From Candidatus Woesearchaeota archaeon (GTDB taxonomy: Archaea > Nanobdellota > Nanobdellia > Pacearchaeales > GW2011-AR1), in contig CAYIHY010000001.1 in assembly GCA_964363345.1 (NCBI GenBank), positions 7,483-71,482 on the forward strand: a stretch of 64,000 nt of DNA, given 5' to 3'. Every line of letters begins with the position of its first letter. Positions within the stretch are counted from its first letter, which is position 1. The position numbers were made by a program, and so were the translations under genes. The notes below the pieces were generated by a model. That model had not been told where the DNA came from. It searched no databases and saw only the letters and a list, made by a program, of their open reading frames with translations. This document shows, piece after piece, positions 9,366 to 18,431 of this stretch.

Positions 9366-11162
9366 TTATTCTTTTGATTTAATTGCTGCCCTTATAATTT
9401 TTTCTTCCAAGTCTTTCCATTTAGGATCATCAGTTAAGTTATACAATGCTTCTGAAGTCGCAAATAAATTAGCTAATGTAACAAAATTTCTTGATAATTC
9501 TGATTTCTTAGTAATCTCTCTAAGTTTTTCAACTGCTTTTGGTAAATGTAAAAGGGCCTCAATTGAAGCGGTGCGCATTAAAGAATCATTTACTAAAGTT
9601 ATCTCTGGATGAGGAAAGATTATATTTAATTTTGGAACAACTATCTCTTCGCCGATATAATCGTAACCTGATTGTTTATTGTGAAACATTACTTTATCCT
9701 TGAATAATTCCTGCTGATAGGGGAATGTTCTTTTTACTTCATAAATTCCATCCCCCCAAATATCTGTTCCCGGGAGAGGAGTTAAAAATAAAGTTGCAGC
9801 TCCGTCGACATTCATTTCCCCGATATTATAACAGATGCCTAAGGCACTTTCATAAAAAGTTTCTGCGGTTGTAGCAGGAGTATATAAAATATAATTTTCT
9901 GCAGCCTTAAGTCCGTTATCTACAATAATCTTAATTGCTTCTGAATTTTTTTCAGGAGAAGTTTTTTTCCTCATATATTCTAATTCTTTAAGAGAATAAC
10001 TCTCAGAACCTACAGATACCACTTCAAATCCCGCTTCTTTTAAGAGTCTGCATATATCTGGATTTGATACAATATTGTCTGTCCTTGCTCTGCATTGAAA
10101 TTTTAAATTTTTTCTTATCTTACCAGATTTTTTTCTTTCTATAATCATTCCTAGAGTTTCTATCGCCCTTTGGGGATGAACAAGAAAATTTTCATCATCG
10201 ATATAAATGTCCATTGCAGGATATGTAGTCGAAACAGCTTCAATTATCGTCAATATATTTTCTGCATTGATATAACGCACAGGAGAAGTCTTAGTTCCCA
10301 TTGTTCCAGAAAAAAGTATAGAACTCTGGCAGAAAATGCATTTGTATGGGCAATGGTCGCTCGAAACAAAACGAAAATAACTATCTTTTTTTCCGCCAAA
10401 TATCAATCTGCTGAGTTCCCAATATTTCCCGATTGGAGAAAGATCCAAATGTTTTGCAAAGGCATTAAGGCTTATCTCTTGATAAAATTCTGGACTTATT
10501 CTTTCTTTGACAATTGCCAAAGGTTTAGTTTGATTCTCTTCTAAAATAGACATCCCTGAAATTTCATTTATTTTAGTTTCTTCTTTCAAATAATCTAAAA
10601 ATTTTTTCTTTTCTATTTTTTTGTTATTAGAAAATTTATCATAAATCTGAATTAATTTTTGCAAGGGTAATTCCCCCTCCCCCCGAATAATTATATCAAT
10701 TAAACCCCCAAGTTTCCCCCATTGAGGATTAAGTGAGGCTTCAAATCCCCCCGCAATTATAATTGATTCTGGAGAAATCTCAAGAACATGATTTATATTT
10801 TCTAAATCTCGACGCATACTATCATAATATGGACTAAACGCTATAAAGGGGGGATGATATTTGTCGATTCCTTCCCATAATTTTTTGAGATTATCCACAT
10901 CGCAATTGAACATGACTGATTTAATTCCCATTTCCTGCAAAAATGCATGTATTCTAAAAAGACCGTTATGAAGATTTGGAATAAAATAGGGGTCATTGTC
11001 GGTTCTTTTTCCCATATCGGGGGTGATTAAAATTATTTCAGTGTCTGATTCTATTTTTGTATCATACTGAACTAAACTCTCTGGGACATTATAATTTTCT
11101 TTAATCCCTCCGCTGCCCATATCCACAGAGATATGTAAATTTTTTTGGACTGATTCTTCCAT
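9366..11162 (-). CDS. Cobalamin-binding radical SAM protein (class B-like)
   Basis: 598 aa; CxxxCxxC motif DHCPYKCIFCQSS; N-terminal Rossmann-like B12-binding-type region; C-terminal extension. Confidence 0.65.
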   Translation of the reverse strand: MEESVQKNLHISVDMGSGGIKENYNVPESLVQYDTKIESDTEIILITPDMGKRTDNDPYFIPNLHNGLFRIHAFLQEMGIKSVMFNCDVDNLKKLWEGIDKYHPPFIAFSPYYDSMRRDLENINHVLEISPESIIIAGGFEASLNPQWGKLGGLIDIIIRGEGELPLQKLIQIYDKFSNNKKIEKKKFLDYLKEETKINEISGMSILEENQTKPLAIVKERISPEFYQEISLNAFAKHLDLSPIGKYWELSRLIFGGKKDSYFRFVSSDHCPYKCIFCQSSILFSGTMGTKTSPVRYINAENILTIIEAVSTTYPAMDIYIDDENFLVHPQRAIETLGMIIERKKSGKIRKNLKFQCRARTDNIVSNPDICRLLKEAGFEVVSVGSESYSLKELEYMRKKTSPEKNSEAIKIIVDNGLKAAENYILYTPATTAETFYESALGICYNIGEMNVDGAATLFLTPLPGTDIWGDGIYEVKRTFPYQQELFKDKVMFHNKQSGYDYIGEEIVVPKLNIIFPHPEITLVNDSLMRTASIEALLHLPKAVEKLREITKKSELSRNFVTLANLFATSEALYNLTDDPKWKDLEEKIIRAAIKSKE

Positions 11163-11216
11163 TATATTTCTTTTGATTTATCTTTTTTATAACTTACGTA
11201 TTTAAAATAATTGGTA

Positions 11217-12101
11217 TTACGAATTTTTATTTTTTAAATTACTTCTCAAAACTTCTTTATTTCTTTCACTTTCACGATCAAATAAAAAACCTTCCCAAAA
11301 ACCAGTTATATTAGCAATATGAATTAAAGGGGCAATTAATATTAAATAAATTGGGAATAAATGGGGATATTTTCTAAATGGGAACCTGCAGATAATTGAA
11401 ATAAATCCGAATATAGGAATAGATCTTAATATCCTATGCCAAAATCCCCCCTCATTTTCTCCGTAAGAGATGAGGGCATTCGCATGTCTTCTGACTAATT
11501 TCCCATTTCCTTCAGAATAAATTTTTAACTTATCTATCACTCCACGAAAACTTTTTTGTTTGTGCAGATGAAGCACTTTCACATTAGCGCGTGCAAATTT
11601 ACCCCTTTTTTTTAGTTTCATGCTTAGGTCAGCTTCAAGTCCAATTATCTTTGGATCTTCACTAATCAATCCTACCTCCATCAAATCTTTTTTTCTATAT
11701 GCACACGCTCTCATGTCCATGGTGGGATATTGTATATTTCTCTCATTTATCGTAGCTAATCGAAGCATAAATGGATATTTTTTCCAATATTTTTCAGGCA
11801 AGAATAAATCTGAAACTGTTGCAACAATTTTTTTATCTTCTAGCGGTTTGATTAATTTTTCAAGCCAAAATTCGTTTTCTGGGATACAGTCCTGAGCTAA
11901 GATAATGATTATCTCTCCCTTTGCTTCCTTTATTCCCAAATTCATTGAGACCGCTTCGGGATTATTCCATTTTTCAACAATCTCTGCTTTTATTGTCTGT
12001 TTTTTTAACATTTCTTTTACCCTTTCAAAAACTTCTTTTTCTGGCCTGTAAATCGGAATTACCACACTTACTTTTTTTTTGGCAGAACCTTTATTTTTCA
12101 T
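11217..12101 (-). CDS. Glycosyltransferase family 2
   Basis: VSVVIPIYRPEK at the N-terminus (the GT2 hallmark); DxD-type region (AQDCIPE); C-terminal hydrophobic helices. Confidence 0.7.
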   Translation of the reverse strand: MKNKGSAKKKVSVVIPIYRPEKEVFERVKEMLKKQTIKAEIVEKWNNPEAVSMNLGIKEAKGEIIIILAQDCIPENEFWLEKLIKPLEDKKIVATVSDLFLPEKYWKKYPFMLRLATINERNIQYPTMDMRACAYRKKDLMEVGLISEDPKIIGLEADLSMKLKKRGKFARANVKVLHLHKQKSFRGVIDKLKIYSEGNGKLVRRHANALISYGENEGGFWHRILRSIPIFGFISIICRFPFRKYPHLFPIYLILIAPLIHIANITGFWEGFLFDRESERNKEVLRSNLKNKNS

Positions 12102-12177
12102 CTTATCACTCAGAGAGATATCTGTTTTTAAAATTAATTGTAATTAAGTAATAGTTAGATTTTGGAAAGCAAGAACA

Positions 12178-12187
12178 TTTTTAAATA
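12178..12187 (+). promoter_or_regulatory. Archaeal TATA-like box TTTTTAAATA upstream of the 12209/12218 start
   Basis: 31-40 bp upstream of the ATG at 12218; this is the head of the co-directional 12.2-18.4 kb operon. Confidence 0.3.
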
Positions 12188-12217
12188 TTCTAACTTTATT
12201 AATAAATATTGGCGACC

Positions 12218-12901
12218 ATGAAAAAAAGAGCAAAATTTGATATAAAAAAATGTTGTTATAAGGAGAACACGGTATATTTAGCTAAAATAGCTGATCCTTA
12301 CACTGCAAAAATAGCACAATTTGTCTACAATACTTTCGGAATCTCTGCTAATATGATGACTTTGATAACTTTCTTAATAGGTATCGCGAGTCTATCAGTT
12401 TTATTTTTTGTAAGAAGTTATACGGGGTTAATTCTCGCAGCAATTCTCATTTTTATAAGAAATTTAACTGATACTCTTGACGGTAAAATTGCAAGAGGTA
12501 CAGGAAAAACAAGTTCAATGGGGGGATTTAGCGATATAGTCAGTGATTGGGTTTTTTTCCATGCTGCATTTTTTGTAATAATTGGCTATTTGACTAATAA
12601 TATTATCATTGGATTTTTATGTGTAACTGGATATATGAGCAGAGAATTTACAAGAAGAAAATTCACAGAAAAATATGGAGTCAAAATAACTGAAACCTCT
12701 GAAGCAAAAAAAATGCCATTCCTTGTTTCAATTGTAAGGAAATATAATCTCGGAGAAGTTACAATCCTTTCTCCATTGATAATTTTAATTAACCCCGTAT
12801 GGATAATTTATTTTGTGGCCTTTATGGAATATTTCCTTTTATTTGCAGAACTTGCATTTGATTACCTCTGCTTTTTCAAGGAAGAGAAAAATAAAAAATA
12901 G
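12218..12901 (+). CDS. CDP-alcohol phosphatidyltransferase family membrane protein (the track starts at a TTG at 12209; the ATG at 12218 is the more likely start)
   Basis: The motif DTLDGKIARGTGKTSSMGGFSDIVSD fits D-G-x2-A-R-x8-G-x3-D-x3-D; several TM helices. Confidence 0.65.
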   Translation: MKKRAKFDIKKCCYKENTVYLAKIADPYTAKIAQFVYNTFGISANMMTLITFLIGIASLSVLFFVRSYTGLILAAILIFIRNLTDTLDGKIARGTGKTSSMGGFSDIVSDWVFFHAAFFVIIGYLTNNIIIGFLCVTGYMSREFTRRKFTEKYGVKITETSEAKKMPFLVSIVRKYNLGEVTILSPLIILINPVWIIYFVAFMEYFLLFAELAFDYLCFFKEEKNKK

Positions 12902-12949
12902 CTATCTTTACTAAGAAAATTTTATAAATCAATTTCTGGAGGTTATAAA

Positions 12950-13687
12950 ATGAAAGCATTAATTCTTGCAGCAGGAGTTGGAAAAAGATTGCATCCTTTT
13001 ACAGAAGACATCCCAAAATGCCTATTAAAAGTTGGTGAAAAAAGCATATTAGAACATTTGTTGGACAGCATCTCTTCTTCGAAAATTAAAGAGGTAATAT
13101 TAGTTGTTGGATTTAAGAAAGAATTAATATACAAAAAAATTGGAGATTCTTATCAGGGGATGATTATAAACTATGCAACAAATAACTTTTTTGACCAGAC
13201 AAATAATCTATATTCTTTATGGTGCGCTCGACACTTAATTGATGACGCATTTGTCCAATTTAATGGGGATTTAATTGTAAACAGGGAAATAATTAAAAAA
13301 GTTTTCAATTCTCATTTAGAAGATGCAGTTGTAATTGACAGCAGCCCAAATAATTTTGTAGAAGACGCAAATCGAATAAGACTTGAAAAGGGCAGGGTTA
13401 TTTTGTTAAACAAAACAATTTCTAAAGAAGAATCTGCAGGGAGAGCATTTGGAATTTATAAATTTTCTAAAGAGAATGCACAGGAATATTGTAAATCTAT
13501 AGAATTAAATATCTATAAATTTAAAGATGGTTTTGAAACTGGATTAAGACCTTTACTGGGAAATTTTTTTTTCCAGATAATTGATATAAATGGATTACCT
13601 TATGCTGAAATCGATGATATGAATGATTTAGACTCCGCGAGAAAAAAAATTGATTATATAATAAATTATGGAAATTTTAAATCTTGA
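12950..13687 (+). CDS. Sugar/alcohol-phosphate nucleotidyltransferase (NTP_transferase family; IPCT/LicC-like cytidylyltransferase candidate)
   Basis: MKALILAAGVGKRLHPFTEDIPKCLL is the G-x-G-x-R-L signature of small nucleotidyltransferases; 245 aa. Confidence 0.7.
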   Translation: MKALILAAGVGKRLHPFTEDIPKCLLKVGEKSILEHLLDSISSSKIKEVILVVGFKKELIYKKIGDSYQGMIINYATNNFFDQTNNLYSLWCARHLIDDAFVQFNGDLIVNREIIKKVFNSHLEDAVVIDSSPNNFVEDANRIRLEKGRVILLNKTISKEESAGRAFGIYKFSKENAQEYCKSIELNIYKFKDGFETGLRPLLGNFFFQIIDINGLPYAEIDDMNDLDSARKKIDYIINYGNFKS

Positions 13688-15002
13688 AGAAATAGGAACC
13701 ACCCCCCTAAGAAGAAGTGCCTTAGAAATATTGGCTGCAGGGGTTGAAAGTGTTATGCCCGAAAGAGTATTATCCCAATATGTTAATTATATTGACGGAA
13801 AATTAAAAATTAAAAATGATGAATTTGAAATTGGTGATGTCTATGTTCTTGGTTGCGGCAAAGCTGTGGGATTAATGGCCTATGCTCTAGAAAAAATTAT
13901 TCCCTTAGAAAAAATAAAAGCAGGAATAGTTAATTCAATAAAAAATTTTCCAACAAAAAAGATTATAATCAATGTAGCAAATCATCCAATTCCCGACGAG
14001 AGGGGGCTTTATGGGGTTGAAAAAATGTTAGAACTAATTAAACAGATAAAACCCGAAGATACAGTAATCGGTTTATTTTCTGGAGGGGGTTCTGCTTTGC
14101 TTCCTGATCTTCCCCCCGGAATTGAATTGGGGGATATACAAAGATTAACTGAATTATTTATTAAATCAGGAGCAGAAACTTATGAAATGAACATTGTTCG
14201 GAAACATGTCTCTACATTAAAAGGAGGAAATCTTGCGAAAATTTTACAACCTTCCAGAATCATCTCATTAATGATTTCCGATGATTTAGACGGGAGAGAA
14301 GATATCGCTTCAAGGCCGACAACTTATGAAGATTCTACATTTCAAGAGGCATATGATTTGGTGAGAAAATATCATATTCTAGAAAAAATTCCAAAAAATA
14401 TAAGAATTTTCTTGGAAAAGGGATTGAGAAACGAAATTCCCGAAAATCCAAAAAAAGGGGAATCTTTTTTTGAGAATGTTTATAATTATATTTTAGCTGA
14501 CAATAAAACTGCTTTAGAGTCAATGAGAAAAAAAGCAGATTCATTAGGCTTTAATTCCTTTATTTTAGCAGAAACCCTTAAGGGAGAAACAAAAATATCT
14601 GCAAGAAATATGGGAAAACTATTTAGCGAAAAATATTCTTTAACAAAAACTCCTTTAGCTATTTTATATTCTGCGGAAACAATTGTTAAAGTTAAAGGAA
14701 ATGGAAAGGGGGGAAGAGCTCAGGAATTTACCGCTTCATTAATTCCGGAAATATCCGGGAAAAAAAATTCAGTTTTTGCTGCAATTGGTTCCGATGGAAT
14801 AGATTTTATTCCAGGAATTGGAGGAGCAATAATTGATGATACTACTCTTAGTCAATGTGCTGAAAAAGGATTAGAACTACCTAAATTTTTAAAAGAAAAT
14901 GATACCTATAATTTACATAAATATTTGGGGAATTTAATCCTAATGAATTCAACAAATACCAATGTGGGAGATTTGCATGTTTATCTTCAAAAAGATTATT
15001 AA
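13668..15002 (+). CDS. MOFRL-family kinase (glycerate 2-kinase-like, GckA/TtuD family)
   Basis: VLGCGKAVGLMAYALEKI (the GxGKA motif) and LFSGGGSALLPDLPPG (the SGGGSALL motif) are both characteristic of MOFRL glycerate kinases; 20-nt overlap with the upstream gene. Confidence 0.55.
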   Translation: MEILNLEEIGTTPLRRSALEILAAGVESVMPERVLSQYVNYIDGKLKIKNDEFEIGDVYVLGCGKAVGLMAYALEKIIPLEKIKAGIVNSIKNFPTKKIIINVANHPIPDERGLYGVEKMLELIKQIKPEDTVIGLFSGGGSALLPDLPPGIELGDIQRLTELFIKSGAETYEMNIVRKHVSTLKGGNLAKILQPSRIISLMISDDLDGREDIASRPTTYEDSTFQEAYDLVRKYHILEKIPKNIRIFLEKGLRNEIPENPKKGESFFENVYNYILADNKTALESMRKKADSLGFNSFILAETLKGETKISARNMGKLFSEKYSLTKTPLAILYSAETIVKVKGNGKGGRAQEFTASLIPEISGKKNSVFAAIGSDGIDFIPGIGGAIIDDTTLSQCAEKGLELPKFLKENDTYNLHKYLGNLILMNSTNTNVGDLHVYLQKDY

Positions 15003-15010
15003 AAATAAAA

Positions 15011-15772
15011 ATGGAAAATGTTAAATTTAATTTTGAAGGAAAAACAGTTGTAATAACTGGAGCATCCAGAGGAATCGGGTTGGCAATAGCAAACGCATTT
15101 TTAGAAAGTGGCGCATCAGTGATAAATATCTCAAAATCTAACTCAGAAGTAAATTTAGAAAAACCTAATTATATTTTCTTGCAGGAAGATATCTCTAATC
15201 TCCCCTCAATTGAAAAATGGATAAATGAATTCTACAACAGGGGCAAGAAAATAGATTTTTGGATAAACAATGCAGGAATTTATTTTGGTTCACCGCTGAT
15301 TAATGTCTCTGAAGAACATTGGGATGAAATTTTTTCTGTAAATTTAAAATCTCTTTTTTTCCTTTCTAAATTTGTTGCACAACACATGAAAGAAAATGGG
15401 GGGGGAATAATTCTAAATGCTTCTTCTTTTGCTGCAAAAATTCCTTCAATTAATCGAGGGATATATGCGGCTTCTAAATCTGCAGTGGTGAGCTTAACAA
15501 GATCTATGGCCGCCGAATGGGCCCAATATAAAATCAGGGTAAATAGTTATTGCCCCGGAGTTATCTTAACAGATATGACTAAAGATTTAACTGAGAAAAA
15601 AAATGATGAATTAATTTCAAATATAGCCTTGCATCGATATGGTTCCCCCGAAGAAGTTGCAAAGGTTATTCTATTCCTTTGCTCCGACTCTTCGGAGTAC
15701 ATCACAGGAGAAATAATAGAAATAAGTGGAGGAAAATTTCTTGTGCAAAACCAGAAAGACATCATCTTATGA
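15011..15772 (+). CDS. Short-chain dehydrogenase/reductase (classical SDR)
   Basis: VVITGASRGIGLAIANAF (TGxxxGxG); NNAG; YAASKSAV (YxxxK). Confidence 0.85.
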   Translation: MENVKFNFEGKTVVITGASRGIGLAIANAFLESGASVINISKSNSEVNLEKPNYIFLQEDISNLPSIEKWINEFYNRGKKIDFWINNAGIYFGSPLINVSEEHWDEIFSVNLKSLFFLSKFVAQHMKENGGGIILNASSFAAKIPSINRGIYAASKSAVVSLTRSMAAEWAQYKIRVNSYCPGVILTDMTKDLTEKKNDELISNIALHRYGSPEEVAKVILFLCSDSSEYITGEIIEISGGKFLVQNQKDIIL

Positions 15773-17349
15773 TAAAAACTATTTCTACCTCTTATAGTAA
15801 AGAAGATACCATTGATTTTATAATTGAAGATGATGCTGAATTTGATTGGGTTTCAAAATTTGATGATTCTAAATTTGATCGTCTTTTTGTAGTTGTAGAT
15901 AAAAATGTAAATAAATTATGGGGGGATAAGATTTTTTCTCAGTTAAAAAAACATAATAAAGAGATATTTTTATTTGATGTAGAAGCAATCGAAGAGAGTA
16001 AGTCGATAAATTTTTACCCAAAATTAATAGATTTTTTTGAATCTAATCGATGTGGATTATCTGATCTGGTAATTGGTATAGGGGGGGGAATAATAATCGA
16101 TTTAGTAACCTTTACCTGTTCAACATATATGAGAGGACTCCCAGTTTATCTAATTGCAACTACTTTAATCGGACAGATTGATGCTTCAAGCGCAGGCAAG
16201 ACTTGTTTAAATACCCAAAATGCAAAAAATGTTTTGGGAACATTTTATTATCCATTAAAAGTATATAATAATATTAATTTTTTAAAAACATGTTCAGATT
16301 ATCACGCACGCCAGGGCTGGTCCGAGATTTTTAAATACGGGCTTTTGGATTCTAAAGAATTATTGGATATGATTTCGGATTATTTTAAAAATAAGACTGA
16401 TAAAAAATTAATGGATATAATTGAATCCGCGATTAGCGTAAGAATTAAAATAAGAAATAAAAATCCTTTAGCAAGCAATTTAGGGCATACCTTTGGACAT
16501 GCCATAGAAAAAATATCAAACTTTAAAATTCTCCATGGAGATGCTATAGCCGTCGGAACAATCATCTCATTATATTTTTCTAAAAAAATAGGAATAATTG
16601 AAGAAGAAGAATTAAATGAGATAGTTTTAAGGATGAAAGAACTAAATTTGAATATTCTTTTAGACAAAGAGATAGAACCCAATTTAATGGTTGAATTAAT
16701 GATGCATGATAAAAAATCTTCAAGTAAGAATCTCAATCTTGTTTTAATAAAAGGAATTGCTAAACCCTACGAAGAGAAGGGATATTATTTCTACAAAACA
16801 AATCCCGAATTTGTGAAAGAATTCATCAAAGAGTTTCTTGTATCATATCCGTATACCCTCTCTGAATGTTCAAAAGTCATAACCTCCGATGAAATAAATT
16901 ATAATATCATAACTTCCATAAATCATCTAAGCTTTACTGTAAGTGATGCTGAAAAATCAGCAATATTTTATGAAAAAATATTAGGTTTAAAATTAGTAAA
17001 TATCTCAGAACGAGACCAAGTTTTTTCAGAAAAAGTTACAGGTATAAAAAATGCCCACCTAAAAATAGCCTACTTAAGCGGCAATAACTGTTCCATTGAA
17101 TTGATCCAATATCTTTCTCCTCAAGGAGAAAAAATAGATACGAAGACATGTAATGTCGGAAGTGCGCATATTTGTTTTAATGTTAAAAATTTTTCAGAAT
17201 TTATTGAAAATTTAAAAAATAAAAATGTTTTTTTTATAAATTCCCCCCAGATAATTCCCGACGGACCAAATAAAGGAAAAATGGTAGTATATTCTGAAGA
17301 CCCTGATTCAAATAAACTGGAATTTATCTCTGAAGAAAGAATAGAGTAG
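15769..17349 (+). CDS. Fusion: 3-dehydroquinate-synthase-like sugar phosphate cyclase (N-term) + VOC/glyoxalase-like domain (C-term)
   Basis: GIGGGIIIDLVTFTCSTYMRGLPVYLIATTLIGQIDASSAGKTCLN and GHTFGHAIEK....HGDAIAVG closely follow DHQS/EEVS/DOIS family motifs. The C-terminal INHLSFTVSDAEKSAIFYEKILGLK ... GSAHICFNV is a VOC module. The probable start ATG at 15769 overlaps the SDR stop (ATGA); the track ORF starts upstream at 15679. Confidence 0.7.
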   Translation: MIKTISTSYSKEDTIDFIIEDDAEFDWVSKFDDSKFDRLFVVVDKNVNKLWGDKIFSQLKKHNKEIFLFDVEAIEESKSINFYPKLIDFFESNRCGLSDLVIGIGGGIIIDLVTFTCSTYMRGLPVYLIATTLIGQIDASSAGKTCLNTQNAKNVLGTFYYPLKVYNNINFLKTCSDYHARQGWSEIFKYGLLDSKELLDMISDYFKNKTDKKLMDIIESAISVRIKIRNKNPLASNLGHTFGHAIEKISNFKILHGDAIAVGTIISLYFSKKIGIIEEEELNEIVLRMKELNLNILLDKEIEPNLMVELMMHDKKSSSKNLNLVLIKGIAKPYEEKGYYFYKTNPEFVKEFIKEFLVSYPYTLSECSKVITSDEINYNIITSINHLSFTVSDAEKSAIFYEKILGLKLVNISERDQVFSEKVTGIKNAHLKIAYLSGNNCSIELIQYLSPQGEKIDTKTCNVGSAHICFNVKNFSEFIENLKNKNVFFINSPQIIPDGPNKGKMVVYSEDPDSNKLEFISEERIE

Positions 17350-17365
17350 CACTGTTACATAATCT

Positions 17366-17375
17366 TTTTAAATAA
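17366..17375 (+). promoter_or_regulatory. Archaeal TATA-like box TTTTTAAATA 19-28 bp upstream of the ATG at 17394
   Basis: Suggests the GAPDH-like gene also has its own internal promoter. Confidence 0.3.
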
Positions 17376-17393
17376 TTTTTTGCAATTTTTTAG

Positions 17394-18431
17394 ATGGTGA
17401 AAAAACAATTCGGTATAAATGGTTTTGGAAGAATTGGCAGAGCAATCTTCAGAAAAGCTTTAGAAAATGGAACTTTTGATATCCCCCTAATAAACGATCT
17501 TAATCCAGATAATAATAATTTAGCTTATCAATTAAAATATGATTCTATTTACGGAACTCTTCCTTTTGAAATAAGGGGAAATGAAAAAGGTATAACAATT
17601 GAGGGAAAACAGTATGAGATTTCTCATGAGAGAGAGATAAATAAAGTTAATTGGAAAAATCTTGAATGTGTTGTTGATTCGTCGGGGGTAAAAGAAAATG
17701 TTGTCCTTGCAAGAAAATTAGTAGAACAAAATGTTAAGTATGTGATTGTAACCCATTCCCCTGAGGAAAAATTATTGGATAGAAGTGTAATAATGGGAGT
17801 TAATGAAAATGAAATTGATTTTAATAAAGATAGAATTATCTCTAGCAGTATCTGTGATGCAACGGCATTTGCTCCAGTAGTGCAACTTCTTGACTCTGCA
17901 TATGGGGTTGAACACGGATTCTTGACGACAATTCATCCTTGGCTTCAGCATCAACATCTTTTAGACGGTCCATCAACTTCTTGGTCAAAACCCGGACAAA
18001 TCTATCCCGGATACGAGGAAGGAAGAGCGAGCACTGTTTCATTATTGCCCAAACCAACTTCCTGTGTTAGTGCCACTTGCAAAGTGATTAAATCTCTTGA
18101 AGGAAAATTTGACTCTTTTTCTTACCGAGCTCCGACGGCAATTGTTTCAACCGCAAATATCAATCTTAAGCTAAATAAAAATCCTTCAAAAGAAGAAATT
18201 ATCTCATTATTCCTTGAAGCAGAAAAAAATCAAAAATGGAAGATATTTTCAAATAATTTCGAACCTTTAGTGTCAATAGATTTTAAAGGAAATGAACATT
18301 CTGTTTCTGTTGACCATAGATGGACCGCGATAAATAAATTTGGTTATGCTCGGTTGGTTCTTTGGTATGATAATGAACAAGGCTATGGGAGCAGAGTTTT
18401 AGATTTAGCTGATTATTTATTATCTCATTAA
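17394..18431 (+). CDS. Type I (bacterial/eukaryotic-type) glyceraldehyde-3-phosphate dehydrogenase-like dehydrogenase with a divergent active-site region
   Basis: FGINGFGRIGR, YDSIYG and LWYDNEQGYGSRVLDL are GAPDH/E4PDH signatures. The catalytic segment is SSICDATAFAP instead of the canonical ASCTTNCLAP. Confidence 0.65.
   Translation: MVKKQFGINGFGRIGRAIFRKALENGTFDIPLINDLNPDNNNLAYQLKYDSIYGTLPFEIRGNEKGITIEGKQYEISHEREINKVNWKNLECVVDSSGVKENVVLARKLVEQNVKYVIVTHSPEEKLLDRSVIMGVNENEIDFNKDRIISSSICDATAFAPVVQLLDSAYGVEHGFLTTIHPWLQHQHLLDGPSTSWSKPGQIYPGYEEGRASTVSLLPKPTSCVSATCKVIKSLEGKFDSFSYRAPTAIVSTANINLKLNKNPSKEEIISLFLEAEKNQKWKIFSNNFEPLVSIDFKGNEHSVSVDHRWTAINKFGYARLVLWYDNEQGYGSRVLDLADYLLSH

Noticed and set aside
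12209-12217. TTG at 12209 as the start of the CDP-alcohol phosphatidyltransferase gene.
   Set aside because: An in-frame ATG three codons downstream (12218), with a TATA-like box ~31-40 bp upstream, is the more conventional start. The difference is 3 aa.
13668-15002. MOFRL protein as hydroxypyruvate reductase rather than a kinase.
   Set aside because: The GxGKA and SGGGSALL motifs are those used to recognise the glycerate-kinase side of the MOFRL family. No NAD(P)-binding Rossmann motif of a reductase is evident.
15769-17349. DHQS-like domain as the archaeal sn-glycerol-1-phosphate dehydrogenase (EgsA), which is in the same superfamily.
   Set aside because: The motifs (TTL.GQ.DASSAGKT, GHTFGHAIE, HGDAIAVG) follow the DHQS/sugar-phosphate-cyclase pattern rather than the G1PDH pattern (SND, SGSEHLFSH). 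The VOC fusion and glycan-locus context also argue against a lipid-backbone housekeeping role.
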